A stretch of DNA of 64,000 nucleotides. Origin: Macrostomum lignano (Eukaryota). A model generated the notes under the pieces. The model worked only from the letters and a program-made list of their open reading frames with translations, made no database searches and was not told the origin of the DNA. Positions within the stretch are counted from its first letter, which is position 1. Each line of letters opens with the position of its first letter. Positions 13,905 through 26,335 of this stretch are shown here, in pieces. The DNA is taken from the NCBI GenBank assembly GCA_002269645.1, contig NIVC01000467.1:186001-250000 (forward strand), in the 5' to 3' direction. Both the position numbers and the translations under genes were made by a program.

Positions 13905-16900
13905 ATGATGTCAGACATTTCCAGTACAATAATGGAAGTCTCAAAGACTTTGCAACGCGTCAATATGTATCCGTTCTTTGACGCTGCTCATTATATTTTA
14001 ATGTGCTCCATTGTAAAGGAAGACACAGCACAGTCTGCAGGTACTATAATATAAAATCAATGCAACAATAATATAGCTTAGCTAACTATCAATATTAGCA
14101 TTAGGCCTCTACAAATACTGAAATAATCCTATATCTATAATGGCTATAATAATATTATTACATTTTTTAATATTTAGAAGTTGCTAAATAAGGCTTTTTA
14201 AACTTTTTGATTTTTATCATTCCTTTATGGTTTATTGGTTTATAGAATATGGGTTAAATAGGAGTAAAAATACACAAGGCCAACTCCTCTACCATAGTCC
14301 AGATCATGCTGGGTGCATGCTTGAACAATAATTGAGTAATTAGGGCCTACAAATGCACGCTGAAAAAAAATTGAGTCTATGCCTAGCATTCTCAAAACTG
14401 TGTCAGTATTACAACATGTGTTGTTTTTTGTTTGATGTGTTGCTAAGTTGCTTACAACTAATTGAAAAATGTAGAACAAGGTGAAGTTACATTACCTTTT
14501 TCATTCATTTTTTATTAAGGATCATCATACATGAGCAACCTCCGAAATTTGGTCGGCCATGCGACTTAGTTTTAACAAAAATGTGACGTAGTTTTTGGCC
14601 AAAAATGCAACTGACATGTAAAAAAACCCTAAAGCAAAATTAACGCAACTTTGGGTAAACGGCAGGAGTAACTATGACTGTCTTATTAAGCCAAAATGCC
14701 TCGTCAGCTACTTAGTACTACTACTTGGTTATTTTTTCGGGTGGGCATTTTTGCGACTTCCTTGGTTGGCCGCCAGATCAGTCAGCCGACTGTTGCGCAT
14801 GTATATGCCAGTAGCATTGGAAAACTGCGACTAGCTAAAATGCATGCAACACAAAGAAGACCTGTTTATGAAGATAAAATTATCATTGATAACTCATTAG
14901 CTGAAATTATTAGGAACAATGTGCATGACATGATCATCTATGCACGAAGTACACAAAATAACAGGTGCACATTTTTTGAGTCCATTTATCGTAGGCTAAG
15001 AGACAAGCCCAACTACATCTTAAAGCCAGCAAGAGAATGGGATGAACTTGGTCATGAGGACTATTCAATAAACCGGTGCCCTGAATCCAGCAGTGAGTTA
15101 CGAAAGCCTTTGCTTTTTACAAGGTGGAAACTTGGACAGTTGACTCCAGGTAGAGAAAATGACTGCTCAGGTGCTCATTGGATTTTAGAGGACAATATTG
15201 AAGCCATCATAAATACACCTTCAAGAGAAGCAGGTACATTGGCAGACTTAGCATTAGCATTTGCTTCATCAGCAACAGAAAGAATCGAAATGCGACTAGC
15301 TCCTGCTCCAGCTCCATGTTCTGAAAGCTCACACCGTAGTGAATTGGCCAGGTCCTATGAATTTTCAGAGCAAATAGCAGCTAATCGAGATCATGCTGTT
15401 CAAACTGCTGCTGCAGAAACTTCTAATTTTTGCTCTGCTGCAAATGTACAGGAAAGAAGAGAGTTGTTGGAGAATGACCAGCAAACAAGCAAACTACAAG
15501 TGGAAATTATTAGGCAAGTAAATATTCAAAGACAATCAACGAAATGATCACTTTGCCAAAGTCCTATTGTTGATTTAGATTCGAGCGACTCAAGGGGTTC
15601 AGGTGATGTTGAAATAGTACAAGTAAATACTGCAGAAGCAGGGCCATCGCAAAAAAAAATACCATGCATAAGCACATCTGCAGACGCATGTCTAGCCACT
15701 TCAGCATCAAAGCCCTTGTCTTCCTCTATGATGGGCGAAAATATTGAAGTTTTCCCTAAAAAGGACTGGGAGGATACATCTGGTTTTCGAGAGGAGTGGT
15801 TACATTCTTTGGAGATGCACCAGTCACAGTAAGTAAATGGAAACTGACGAACTGTAAATTAATGTATAGTGTATTGTGTATTGCACTTATTAGCATATTG
15901 CTTTTAGATACTCACAAATAGTCCAAATCCCAAAATATTCTCTAATTTGACCATTGCAGATCATTTTCAAGAAAATTTGTGTCACGAGAAATGAAGACAT
16001 GGTTTCAATATGTTCAAAACACCGAAGATCTATCAAGATCTGGAATACAATGTCGGATCTGCAGAAAATTTTTGAATGCACATAAGAAAAAGGAGACAAA
16101 TCTAGAGAGCCAACGTAAGTTAACTTTTGCAACAGAACAAGGCTACATTCCCAAAGGTCATGCAAAAGATAGCGTACGAAGAAAACTACAGGAACATTCA
16201 TCAAATACACTTCACAGTGACGCCATAAAGTGGATGAAGGAAAAACATACTTCAGTTCTTGCAAAGCAACTCAAACAGATGAATGAGGCCGCTAGACTAG
16301 CTAAAACTAAACGAGATAAAATAACAGCCCGAGTTTTGACAACAGTTTATGCCGAAGTCAAATCTAATATTCCATTCAGATTCAGTGCTCATCCAAATAT
16401 GATTGATTTACAAGTAAAAAATGGGTTGGATATGGGGAGCCATCATAAGCATCGCAAAAGTGCCGCAGCAATGGTGGAATCAATCAGTAATACCATGCAT
16501 CGGACATTTGTGAATTACATTAAAAGTGCTGACAATCTTCCGATTTCTATTGTACTAGATACAATGTCTGATATTCATTCAAACAGCTACGTCATGATAT
16601 ACTTCAGAGTTCTTGAAAACAGCCAACCTTTGATGTTTTTTTATCGGTTTAAACGTCTGACTGAAGTAGAGACTGGACGAAGCATTTATGAACTTCTCAT
16701 CCATTTATTTTCGATGACAAGCTAGAAGATGAAATCAAACGAAGGCTATGGGGGGTGACAACTGATGGTGCATCCGTAATGACAGGAAGTCGAGTGGGAT
16801 TAATAAGTCCACTGAGGCCTTGGGCTAGCAAACAATTTTTTCAGCACCATTGTGCACCGCATAAGTTAGAACTTTCAATCTATCATGCCTTTGAAATCTT

Positions 16901-19900
16901 CCCATTTATGCAACATCTCGATAAGAATATAAATTCTCTACACAAATTTTATATGAGCCACGCTGTTAAACATAAGGCATCTTTGGCACAAACTTCGGAA
17001 GCACTCAACTTGGTTTTCTATAAATTAAAAAGAATATATCGCATCAGGTGGGTTGCATCGGAAGTGTCTGCTCTTGATGTGATTCGAAAGTCGTACTACT
17101 TGCTTCTGACAAATTTAGAAAATATCAAATCACCTTCTTCAGGCTTTGATGACGAAAGTAAAGCAACTGCCTCTGGATTATTGAAAACATTGCAAAATGT
17201 CCGGTATTATTCATTACATCTATTTCTCATGGACATTCTAAAATTACTGGAATTTGAGTCCTTGCAGTTTCAAAGAGCCAAGGGTACATTTATTGGCTTG
17301 CAAGAACGCCACACTAACCTTATCCATTCACTAGAAACCTTAAAAACAAACAATGGTCCTCGCATTGTGGACTTTTTGGCTTCCTGCAAGTGTCGTCGAG
17401 TTTTGGGAACTGCAGATGGATATCCGCAGCTGGAATACCATTCAGGATGTCACACAAGAGACCTATCTTATTCTAACTTTGCTTGTCCTTCCGGCCCTGG
17501 AAGCAGCGATCCAACAGAGAGGTTTGAGTTGAAGCAACCAGGTTCTGCTGCAGACAGATCTCTAAGAAATAGATTATTTGATGCTAGTGGACGTGGCAGT
17601 GTTGTTGACATGGGAGCTTATCCAGCACTGGATGAGATTCGCAGTCGAATCATTGATAGCATAATTGATCAGCTGCGTAATTATTTTCCTGAGGATGACT
17701 ACTCAATATTTAATGTGCTCAACCCAGTGTTATTGCCTAATGCTGAAACATTACATACTGTCTTTACATACAGTTCGAGAATCATACCTCTTGCTAGACG
17801 GTTTGGAATGGAAGATGACAGCTCTGAATCTGAAACAGAGGACCATCTTTCTGATTCAGACTCTAGAGATGCAGATGCTTCAGAACGCGCTACAGAAAGG
17901 ACAATCTCTGGTCAGTTCGGTCTACTCCTAAAAAGTTTGATCACTTCGCATAGTGTTGACTTCTGTGCCTACAAAGGCAAAGGTCCGGTGAAATTTTGGA
18001 GTCACTTTCTAGAGACAAGAACTGTTGAATGGCTGCCCAGAATAAAGAATCTAATTATGGTTGTGTTAACTTTGCCAATATCATCAGCTGAGGCTGAAAG
18101 AGGGTTTTCTATCTATAAGCACATTGCCTATGACAGGAGAACACGCTTGGCACCAAAAACATTGGAGCATCTACTACGGATTCGAATAAATGGGCCTCCG
18201 CTGATGAAATTTAAGCCGGATATTTATGTCAATGATTGGCTGAAAAAACACTGGCGTTCTGATGCTCCTGGAGTCAACGCAAAAAGAATCCAACGTAGAC
18301 AAGGAAAATAAAGATTCTGATTCTGATTTGCTAAGTGGACTATTTTGAAAGTTTTTTATCAGTTTTAATCTGCTACAATTTTAATCAATTATTACAATGG
18401 TACATGCATAATCATTAATACTACAGTTCTTCTAAGTTCATATATAAGACCGTTAGAATCTTGCAGTTTTAATTTGCTAATTAAATATTATTAAAAGTAT
18501 GATTTGCAATTGTAATAGGGCTGAAAAATTACTGCTTATAAGTTATTCTATCCCTATTTCTATTCCTTAGCCATTTCTGGCTTCGTAATTCTTAATTTTT
18601 CAAATTGATGCGTTAATGCACACGTAGCCTACACCCTAGTAAGTGATACATTAAATTCATCCTAAACTAATCCTATCCTAATAATCCTAAAGATGCTCTG
18701 CAACTTAACTCAGTCCTGCTGCGACTTACTCGGTCCTGCTGCGACTTAGCTCGCCCTCAGTGCGACTTAGCTCTCGCTCGGTGCGACTTAGCTCGCCCTC
18801 GGTGCGACTTAGCTCAGTCCTGCTGCGACTTAGTGCGACTTAAGCTCTCGCTCGGTGCGACTTAATTCGCCCTCGGTGCGACTTAGCTCGGTCCTGCTGC
18901 GACTTAGCTCGCCCTCAGTGCGACTTAGCTCGGTCCTGCTGCGACTTAGTGCGACTTAGCTCTCGCTCGGTGCGACTTAGTTCGCCCTCGGTGCGACTTA
19001 GCTCGGTCCTGCTGCGACTTAGCTCGCCCTCAGTGCGACTTAGCTCTCGCTCGGTGCGACTTAGCTCGGTCCTGCTGCGACTTAGTGCGACTTAGCTCTC
19101 GCTCGGTGCGACTTAGTTCGCCCTCGGTGCGACTTAGCTCGGTCCTGCTGCGACTTAGCTCGCCCTCGGTGCGACTTAGCTCGGTCCTGCTGCGACTTAG
19201 CTTGCCCTCGGTGCGACTTAGCTCGCCCTCGGTGCGACTTACCTTGTCTTCAGTGCTGCAACTTACAGCACTTACAACTCTTTTTGTGTTTTTCTCTTTC
19301 TCTTTGCTCCCTTTTTCTCGTTTTTTCCTTTTCCTTTCCCCCTTTTCGTCTTTTGTTTTTTCGTTTTTTTGGCGGTTAATCAATTTTGCGACTTACTTGG
19401 TTGGCCGCCAAATCGGTCGGCCGGATCGGCCGACTCGGCCGACTGTTGCGCATGTATGAGGATCATATAAAAATATAATAAAAATGAACAAAATTTGGGG
19501 TTGTAGGATGAAAGAATGTCATAGTTTCAATTAGATAGCCAATCTAATTGGCAATTGCACAAGTTTATGGGTTGAATGGCTTTTGTTGCAGATGATCTAA
19601 GCAGGAACTGCAATGGACTTTTATAGCACATTTAGTTTATAAATGAATTGGGCATAATATAGTTCAAGACTCAAGATTTAGGCACATTTTGAAGATAATT
19701 TTAAAGCCCTAAAAGGGAATTATAGATATGGCTATTTCCACAAGTGTGATGGTCGAAGGTGTAGCCTACTTTAATTTTACAAAAAATATATGAAAAAAAG
19801 GTTTTGCAACCTTTTTTCATAAAAAAATAATAACCTTAAACTAGATCTTTTGAACTTTTTGACTTGTGACACAGAACTTCAGAAGTTTTTGATTCTTAAT

Positions 19901-22900
19901 TAATTTAGCTTATTGTGCATATGACAGTTGAAGTTGAAGAACTCAAGTGTAAAGGGGAGTGAATTGTTTTTTGTGTTTTCTTTGGTCTTTGTGATCCTAG
20001 AGCGATAAAAATCAACACACAAACTGGAAATTAGCCATACTATACTTAGTAATACAAAATATTAAATGCATACAAACAAGCATAAAAAAGTTTTGACACT
20101 TTTCTCTTATGATGGTCAAAGGTACTAACTGTGAACTGTAATCTATGAAATGCATATTGATCTTACCTGCAGTAGTCGGTGAATAAAAACTGTACCTGTA
20201 ACCTTAGAATAGTCTCATATGTTGCTGATGATAGCCATCATTTTTTGGGGATGGTGTGTTCAAAGAATAAACAACAACAGTGAAAATTGTTACTTGGTTT
20301 TGACACCAGTAAGCAGACTAGATGGCATCCTGATATGCACATGAATAATTCTCTCTGTAGTTGAAATGTATGATTAGCTCATTTTCTTTTAGATTTTCCT
20401 GCAGGTTATGGAATGCCAAGGCCTGTTGTTGCCTGGTCAGTTTATGCACAATAAACTTGGGAAGACTGTCAAGAAGCCACTGTCACCCTTGCTAGACTGA
20501 CATTGCAGCTGTGCACTGTTTGACTCGCTGACTATAGTCATTATGCTCCCAGATGCGAAAGCTTATGGCAGCCTCATTGTCATCAGCTGCTGGGATGCAA
20601 TGTTGCTCCAAGTTATTGCATAGCGCACATTTGCCAATCTCACACTGTGGTGTTAGGGGCTTGCAAAGCACCACTTCATTCAACCAATCTGATGAATATG
20701 GTAGCCCAGGCAGCTTGCCACTCAAAGCATTGCAGATACTAAAACATTAGTGAACAAAAAACAATCAAGTCAGTGTTGAGCTAATTTATATTCCCTACTA
20801 AAATGTAAATACTAACACTAGCTAAAATTATTACCTTCGAAAGTTCTCATGCTCAGTGCAGCAGCAGGCAATCAGCGGAGTATTTCCAAATGGCACAACA
20901 TGCACTGGTCGGAGCTCACAAAATGCAGCCCAAGACAACTTGAAGCAGTCGAACTCTCGCAGAAAAAGTGCATGAGCTTCCTTTAAGCTCATAAGTAGAT
21001 ACCACTTCTGCACTTTCTCGCCTTGAACCTTGATGAATTCGCAGCAACCAGGTGACCACTGAGAAATATCTTCTCGCAGGAAAAAAGCCAATACAGCATT
21101 GACAGTTTCTTGTGATAAACAAGGCCTCAAGATCACAGGCTTTGCTATAACAACACCATGCTCAGCAAAGAGCTTTGCCAAGACAGCCTGTCTACGATTT
21201 GGTGTTTCAGGCAGTGCAGCACAAACTCTGTTGGTATTGGTAGTTGTCACAAAGTTATTTAAGAAAGTTATGTAGCACATATTACAGTATGTTTTACTGA
21301 GAATGCCAAAACTTGAAACTGTACCTGTTAACAGCGCAAGATTCGGCCTGTCTATTGGCATAAGCAGATGATGTACTCTGGATCGTATTGGCAGCTTTTT
21401 CAAGGGCAATGGCAGAGTTATTTTGATATCGCACTAGGGCCTGTGCCTTGGCCTTGGCCTTTTGCTCATCAGAGCTAAGTAGATGACAAAGTTTGTGCTC
21501 TTTTTCCTTAGTTTTTAACTTATCAGCATTTCTAGCCCGATACTCCCTACTACATTGGGCACTAGACTTAGGTTAGGCACTAAAATTTGTCTGGGCACTA
21601 TCGGAATTCATTATCTATTGGAATATATGCAATATGCGCCAGCTATCCAGAAAGTAGTGAGAATGTATTTAAAAAACCAGTCAGAACTATCAAAAAACAC
21701 AATAACTATACTAGTTGGTAATGTAATCTCCCCTTGCATTGATTATAGCTTGGCAATGGTCAACAAGTTGCTGAATGGTCATACAAATTGAAGTCTAGGC
21801 TATAAGGACTCTGAAACACCAGCTGAACTCCATGGGACTCCATGTACTGCTGCACAGAATGAGCCACATGAGGTCATGCATTGTCCCACTGCCAAAGAAA
21901 ATCCAACAGATAAATTGGCCTTGACCTGAGAGTATGCCATAGGTCTCCGGTGTGCTGAATGAACTCAACTATGCCATTTGCATCAACAGTTTGCTTTGGG
22001 GCTGTGGATTCAATGGAGAAGCACTTGTTTGGAGTAAAAACAACCAGAAGCATTGTCTTTGCATTGCTAAGAAATTTTTATATAAATAAATTTTTAATAA
22101 ATTTATTTTTAATAAATTTTTATATACTAATAAATATTTTATTATGTAGGAAAGAGACAAAGTCAATTGTGTTTGTCACAGGCCACATGAGGCACTATAT
22201 AGACTAGAGCTTTATTTAAATAATATGTGCAATGAATTTGATATTAGCCAACAGAAACTAAAAGTATATATATATTTGTGCATTCAAAAACATTAAAAAT
22301 GAAGAAAATATTATAATAAAAAAATGAACCCATGTGTGACACACTCGTGGAATGAGCCATATATATATATATAACTACATGTTAAAGGAGTATCTATTAA
22401 AATTTTCAAAGCTTCAAGGCACTATATTATAATTTTTGCAGATATACAAGGTTGTATAAGTCTAGGATCTATCATGGTTGGTCCATTTAACTAACTATAT
22501 CTTTGAACCTATAAATCCAAAAGAAATTTGAGTTTAAGTTTTTATAGCACTGCCAAATATGTAGGTCTGCAAGTTTTATTATCAATTAACTACAAATAAA
22601 AGTTATTCTACTTTCTAAACACCCCTTGTATTTTAATGTGCATTAAAGTTGTCATAGTCACTTTTAAGCAATGTATTTGGTTTTATTGGTACATATATAT
22701 TATGTGATTAGCCCAGCAACTGTGAAGTTAAAACAATTTATATTTTGTTAATGCAGGAACATCTGCATTTTCTCGTCGGCATCCATTTGCTTGTTGGCTG
22801 GCCAGCATGCTAATGTGCTTCTCTGGTTCTATTCTGGGCAATCTGCTGATTGGCGAACCACTAGTGACACCATTTAAGCACCATAGGGATATTCTGCTGG

Positions 22901-25900
22901 CTACTGCTATCTGGTATGCTCTGCTTTAATGCAATTGACAATTACATTCGTTTATTTGTGCACTTTTCGAGCTAAAATATTTATGGCTTCAATATTATCC
23001 CGCGACTACTTTCATGGTCACTTTGATTGTGTCACTACTGTTATAAGTAGGATGTATCATCACAAAGCCTAAGTTTATTGATAAAGGGCATACATGTGCA
23101 CCCCCCCCCCCGATTTACACTGGCCATGCGACACTTTTTGACCAAAATTGTGACTTACTTGTGAAAGAAAGCAGAAATTTAATTAACGCAGTTTTGGATA
23201 AACGGCAGAAGTAACTATGACTACATACATGCGCAACCTAGGGATTCACCAGGCCGTTTCTATTGGCAACACACACATGTAAGTCGCTATTGGCTGAGAG
23301 CAGTCACGTGACTACTATTCTGTCCAATAGCGACTTACATGTGTGTTGCCAATAGAAATGGCCGGGTGAATCCCTAGGTTGCGCCCAAGCATGTATGACT
23401 ATCTTATTAAGGATAATGCCTCGTCATCTAATTAGTGCGTGTATTTTTCGGATGGGCATTTTTGCAACTATCTTGGCCGGGTTGGTCGGGTGTTGCGCAT
23501 GTATGATTGGGGGCCATATGAGGGCCAATCCCCAAGACACAGAGAGTGTACAAGCCTGACGATTAGACTACACTCAGGGCTGTTGTACACCCTGTGTGAG
23601 CGTGTGTATGAGTGCGTGCCTGCATACAATATTGCCGCACTTGTATGCTGCTCTGGGGTCAGTGGAATTGGCGGAATTGCCTCAACGTGCTGGCTGTGAG
23701 ACATTGACTTTGCAAAATTACGTCAGCATTAATCAAAAATTGCATATAATATGATCCCTAATACACGTAGTTTCTAAATTTACATCAGTAAAAAATAATG
23801 ATCCAAGGTTTCTTTACTATTTGTGGTCCTTTTACTTTCTTAAAAAGTCCTAGAAAATAAAATAAGTAGCTGAACTAATAGTTTTTTGTCATTTTAGTTT
23901 TTTCATTTAGTTTTTTTGCCATACAATACAGGTACGTGATCAACTATTTCCCGTTTGATTTGGCCTACAAAGTGGCCAAATTCGCTCCCGTGCACCTAGT
24001 CGTGTGCATTGTCAAAGAGGTGCACAGGACGCGTAAAATCTACGACGGTGTTGGTGTTGCTTATAAATTGTATCCGAATGCCTATCTGATTGTGATTGCT
24101 ATCGGCGTTTTTAAAGGTGAGTTTTTTTGCTTTGCTTCCGACTGTTATTGCTAGATTGTAGTTGCGTTTTTTTTTTAACTGATCAATTGACCCAGGGGTC
24201 GGCAAAAGCTCCGTCCCTCGGGTCCTTTGAAACTTCACAGTATAGCAATCCGGCTCGCTGAAGGTTGGTGTCTCTTTCAGATCTTTTCTCCTCTCCTCTC
24301 TCCTCTCCTTTCCTCTCTCTCCTATCCTCTCGTCTCTCCTCTTCTCTCCTCCCCTCTCTCTCCTCTCTATCCTCTCCTCTCTTCTCTCCTCCCCTCTTTC
24401 CTCTCTTCTTATCTTCTCTCCTCTCTTCTGTCTTCTCTCTTCTCCTCTCCTCTCGTCTCTCCTCTCTATCATCTCCCCTCTCTCCTCTCTCTTCTTCTCC
24501 TCTCTCCTCTCCTCTCTCTTTTCCTTTCCTCTTTCCTCTCCTCTCTCCTCTCCTCCCCTCTCTCTTCTTCTCTCTCCTCCTCTCTCCTCTCTTTCCTCTC
24601 TCTCTCCTCCTCTCCTCCTCTCCCCTCTCCTCCTCTCCTCTCCTTTCTATCTTCTCCTTTCTTCTCTCCTCCCCTCTCTTCTCTCCTTTCTACCCTCTCC
24701 TCTTCTCTCTTCTCCTTTCCTCTCTCTTCTCCTCTCCCTCTCGTCTCTCCTTTCCTTTCCTCTCCTCTCCTCCTCTCCCCTCTTTCCTCTCTTCTCTCCT
24801 CCCCTCTCTCCTCTCCTCTCTCTTCTCTCTCCTCTCCTCTCCTCCCCTCTTTCCTCTCTCCTGTCTCTACTTCTCTTCCTTCTTTTCTCTCCAGTCCTCT
24901 ATTTTCTCTTCCATCTCCAAGCTCCACTTCTCTGACCCACATTCATGCGCTAGGTTCTCCCTTTGGCGCTGGAGATAGGAGTTTGTCAACCCCTGAATTA
25001 ACCAGTGAATATTTTGTTTGTAATTGGACAATCACACAGACGCAAAGAACGTACATGTCTGTCGATTAAATAGCCTGGACCGCTGTACACATTATGTGAG
25101 CGTGTGTATGAGTGCCTGTCTGCGTACAGTATGTGCTGTGCTGTACCAAATATTAGATTTTCAAATGCAGGCACAAATGAGCCTACTATAAAATATTTTT
25201 TACAAAAAATAATTAAAAATCAAGGTTCCGGCTACCTGGAGATGAGGCTATTCGAACGTCTAATTAGAGGAATATGGATTCCGGCTAGCAACGAGTTTTT
25301 GCAGCCATCTTTGTAAGATAATCTGTATTTTATTTTTTCTATATTTTGTAGTTAATCTTTAAAAAACAACATAAAAAGTCATTTTTCTTTTATTTTTTCA
25401 GCGCTACCAAGGCTAGCGTTTTCATTTCGTTGGCTTTTCTATTAGAGAAGATTGGAAACGTTCCGTCTACGCACGAGAACATCTTCCTTGGCGCAATTAT
25501 GTTTTTAGTGTATTTCAAGTGAGAGAACTGCAGCAGTTTCTTTATCGCAATCATCTCCTGTTTGTAACCTGTTTCACATTTATCTGGAATCCCGAACCCT
25601 GAAGTCAAAAAACCCCAACCTGGACGAGCTTACATAACTGAGTCAGGAGGTCAAGCACCATTGACATCTTATATCTTATTGCTTCTTATAGCTCTAGAGT
25701 TAGTTCCGTGTTAATTTTTTTTCTACGTACAAATTGTACATGTCCTGTGCCTAAAACCATTAAAATGGGATGGCTTGGCTCATTGATTTTATAAATCTAT
25801 GATTTTACCATTCTTAGCTGACTGTGTAACAATGTCTAACAGAGATGATAAAATAGATTCATAAAATTATGAGTCGAGCTGTGCCAGGCATTCTTATGAT

Positions 25901-26335
25901 TTTAAGGCACAAGACGTGTACGTAGAATATAAAATTAACATACAATCCTAATTTTCTGAATAAAAAGCTTTACAAATATCAAATAGAGCTGTAAGAACGG
26001 CAAGACATATCGGAAGATGAAATTAAGTCTGCCTCTCATCAAAAACATGAACAATTTTTGTACTGAAAGAATAAAAATCTTCTATCTTTGTAATACTTGA
26101 TTAACATCCAAATAACGCACTCGATTCGTTCTCCAGATTATCGTCAATGATAATCGGCATACACGATCCGTTCCTACCGTTTGAGAACATTTTCTGCTCG
26201 CTGTTTCTCGGCGGCTTGGCCGATGCCCTGAAACGGGCTACGACTAGCGGTAAACCGATCCAAGCCAGCGCCGCACCCAACAACAATGGGTCGTCGTCAA
26301 CTGCCGGCAAGACCAAAGAAAAGAAGAACGAATGA
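13905..26335 (+). CDS. TMEM38: Trimeric intracellular cation channel (TRIC/TMEM38), 6 exons (13905-14040, 22757-22913, 23932-24116, 25225-25312, 25402-25518, 26137-26335), 293 aa
   Basis: Exons total 882 nt with consistent phases. Motifs MYPFFDAAHY, FSRRHPFACWLASML, GEPL, FPFDLAYKV, KEVHRTRKIYDG, FERLIRGIW, ATKAS and GIHDPFLPFEN match invertebrate TRIC channels. Confidence 0.92.
14840..18311 (+). pseudogene. hAT transposase gene with one intron (15829-15959), an in-frame TGA (15545-15547) and a frameshift near 16710
   Basis: TTF-type zinc finger (CRIC...H...H), LDTMSD, TTDGASVM, CAPH and a C-terminal dimerisation domain (LPISSAEAERGFS...RRTRL). The frame stays open after the TGA. The GTAAGT...TTGCAG intron joins the frames. 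The start codon at 14840 is approximate. Confidence 0.8.
18712..19240. repeat. Subterminal tandem array (about 21-22 bp variants, core GCGACTTAG) of the hAT element
   Basis: More than 20 copies of (T)GCGACTTA, alternating with spacers such as CTCGCCCTCGGT and CTCGGTCCTGCT. Confidence 0.9.
19730..22358 (-). mobile_element. Degenerate DNA transposon, probably Sola-like, in TMEM38 intron 1
   Basis: 19-bp TIRs GGCTATTTCCACAAGTGTG and CACACTCGTGGAATGAGCC (16/19 match), flanked by ATAT on both sides. Internal minus-strand coding relics (YLLMSLKEAHALF...FCELRPVHV...CCCTEHENF; C..C..C...FRIW) resemble transposase-associated proteins. The superfamily call is inference. Confidence 0.6.
23089..23505. 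mobile_element. Non-autonomous member of the CATACATG hAT family in TMEM38 intron 2
   Basis: Ends CATACATGTGCAC and GTTGCGCATGTATG. Colinear similarity to 14526-14803 (GGCCATGCGAC, TTAACGCA, AAACGGCAG.AGTAACTATGACT.TCTTATTAAG, GGGCATTTTTGC). No clean TSD. Confidence 0.7.
23224..23397. mobile_element. Palindromic MITE of about 170 bp nested in the element above
   Basis: Inverted arms of about 70 bp (CATACATGCGCAACCTAGGGATTCACC...ATGTAAGTCGCTATTGG and its reverse complement). Removing it restores the host sequence; the duplication can be read as TATGACTA (8 bp) or ACTA (4 bp). Confidence 0.85.
24193..24995. mobile_element. hAT MITE family 2 with a CT-rich core of about 650 bp, in TMEM38 intron 3
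   Basis: TIRs CAGGGGTCGGCAAA and TTTGTCAACCCCTG. TSD AATTGACC / AATTAACC (7/8). Flanks shared with 36217-36775. Confidence 0.8.

Larger units (their letters stand above)
14526..19458 (+). mobile_element. Full-length hAT DNA transposon (ZNF862/TTF-zinc-finger type) in TMEM38 intron 1
   Basis: 14-bp TIRs CATACATGAGCAAC and GTTGCGCATGTATG. Perfect 8-bp TSD AGGATCAT at 14518-14525 and 19459-19466. Internal transposase and a subterminal GCGACTTA array. Confidence 0.93.

Noticed and set aside
14696-14839. First 48 codons of the 283-aa ORF as the true transposase N-terminus
   Set aside because: They read through the MITE-like terminal unit and internal TIR; probably a fortuitous extension.
18712-19459. 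CRISPR-like appearance of the repeat-spacer array, and the ORFs 19030-19383 and 19085-19459
   Set aside because: The spacers are themselves repeated variants, there are no cas genes and the context is eukaryotic; it is a transposon subterminal array.
23996-25069. E/R-rich and S/L/P-rich ORFs (also at 36235-36744)
   Set aside because: Translations of the GA/CT core of MITE family 2.
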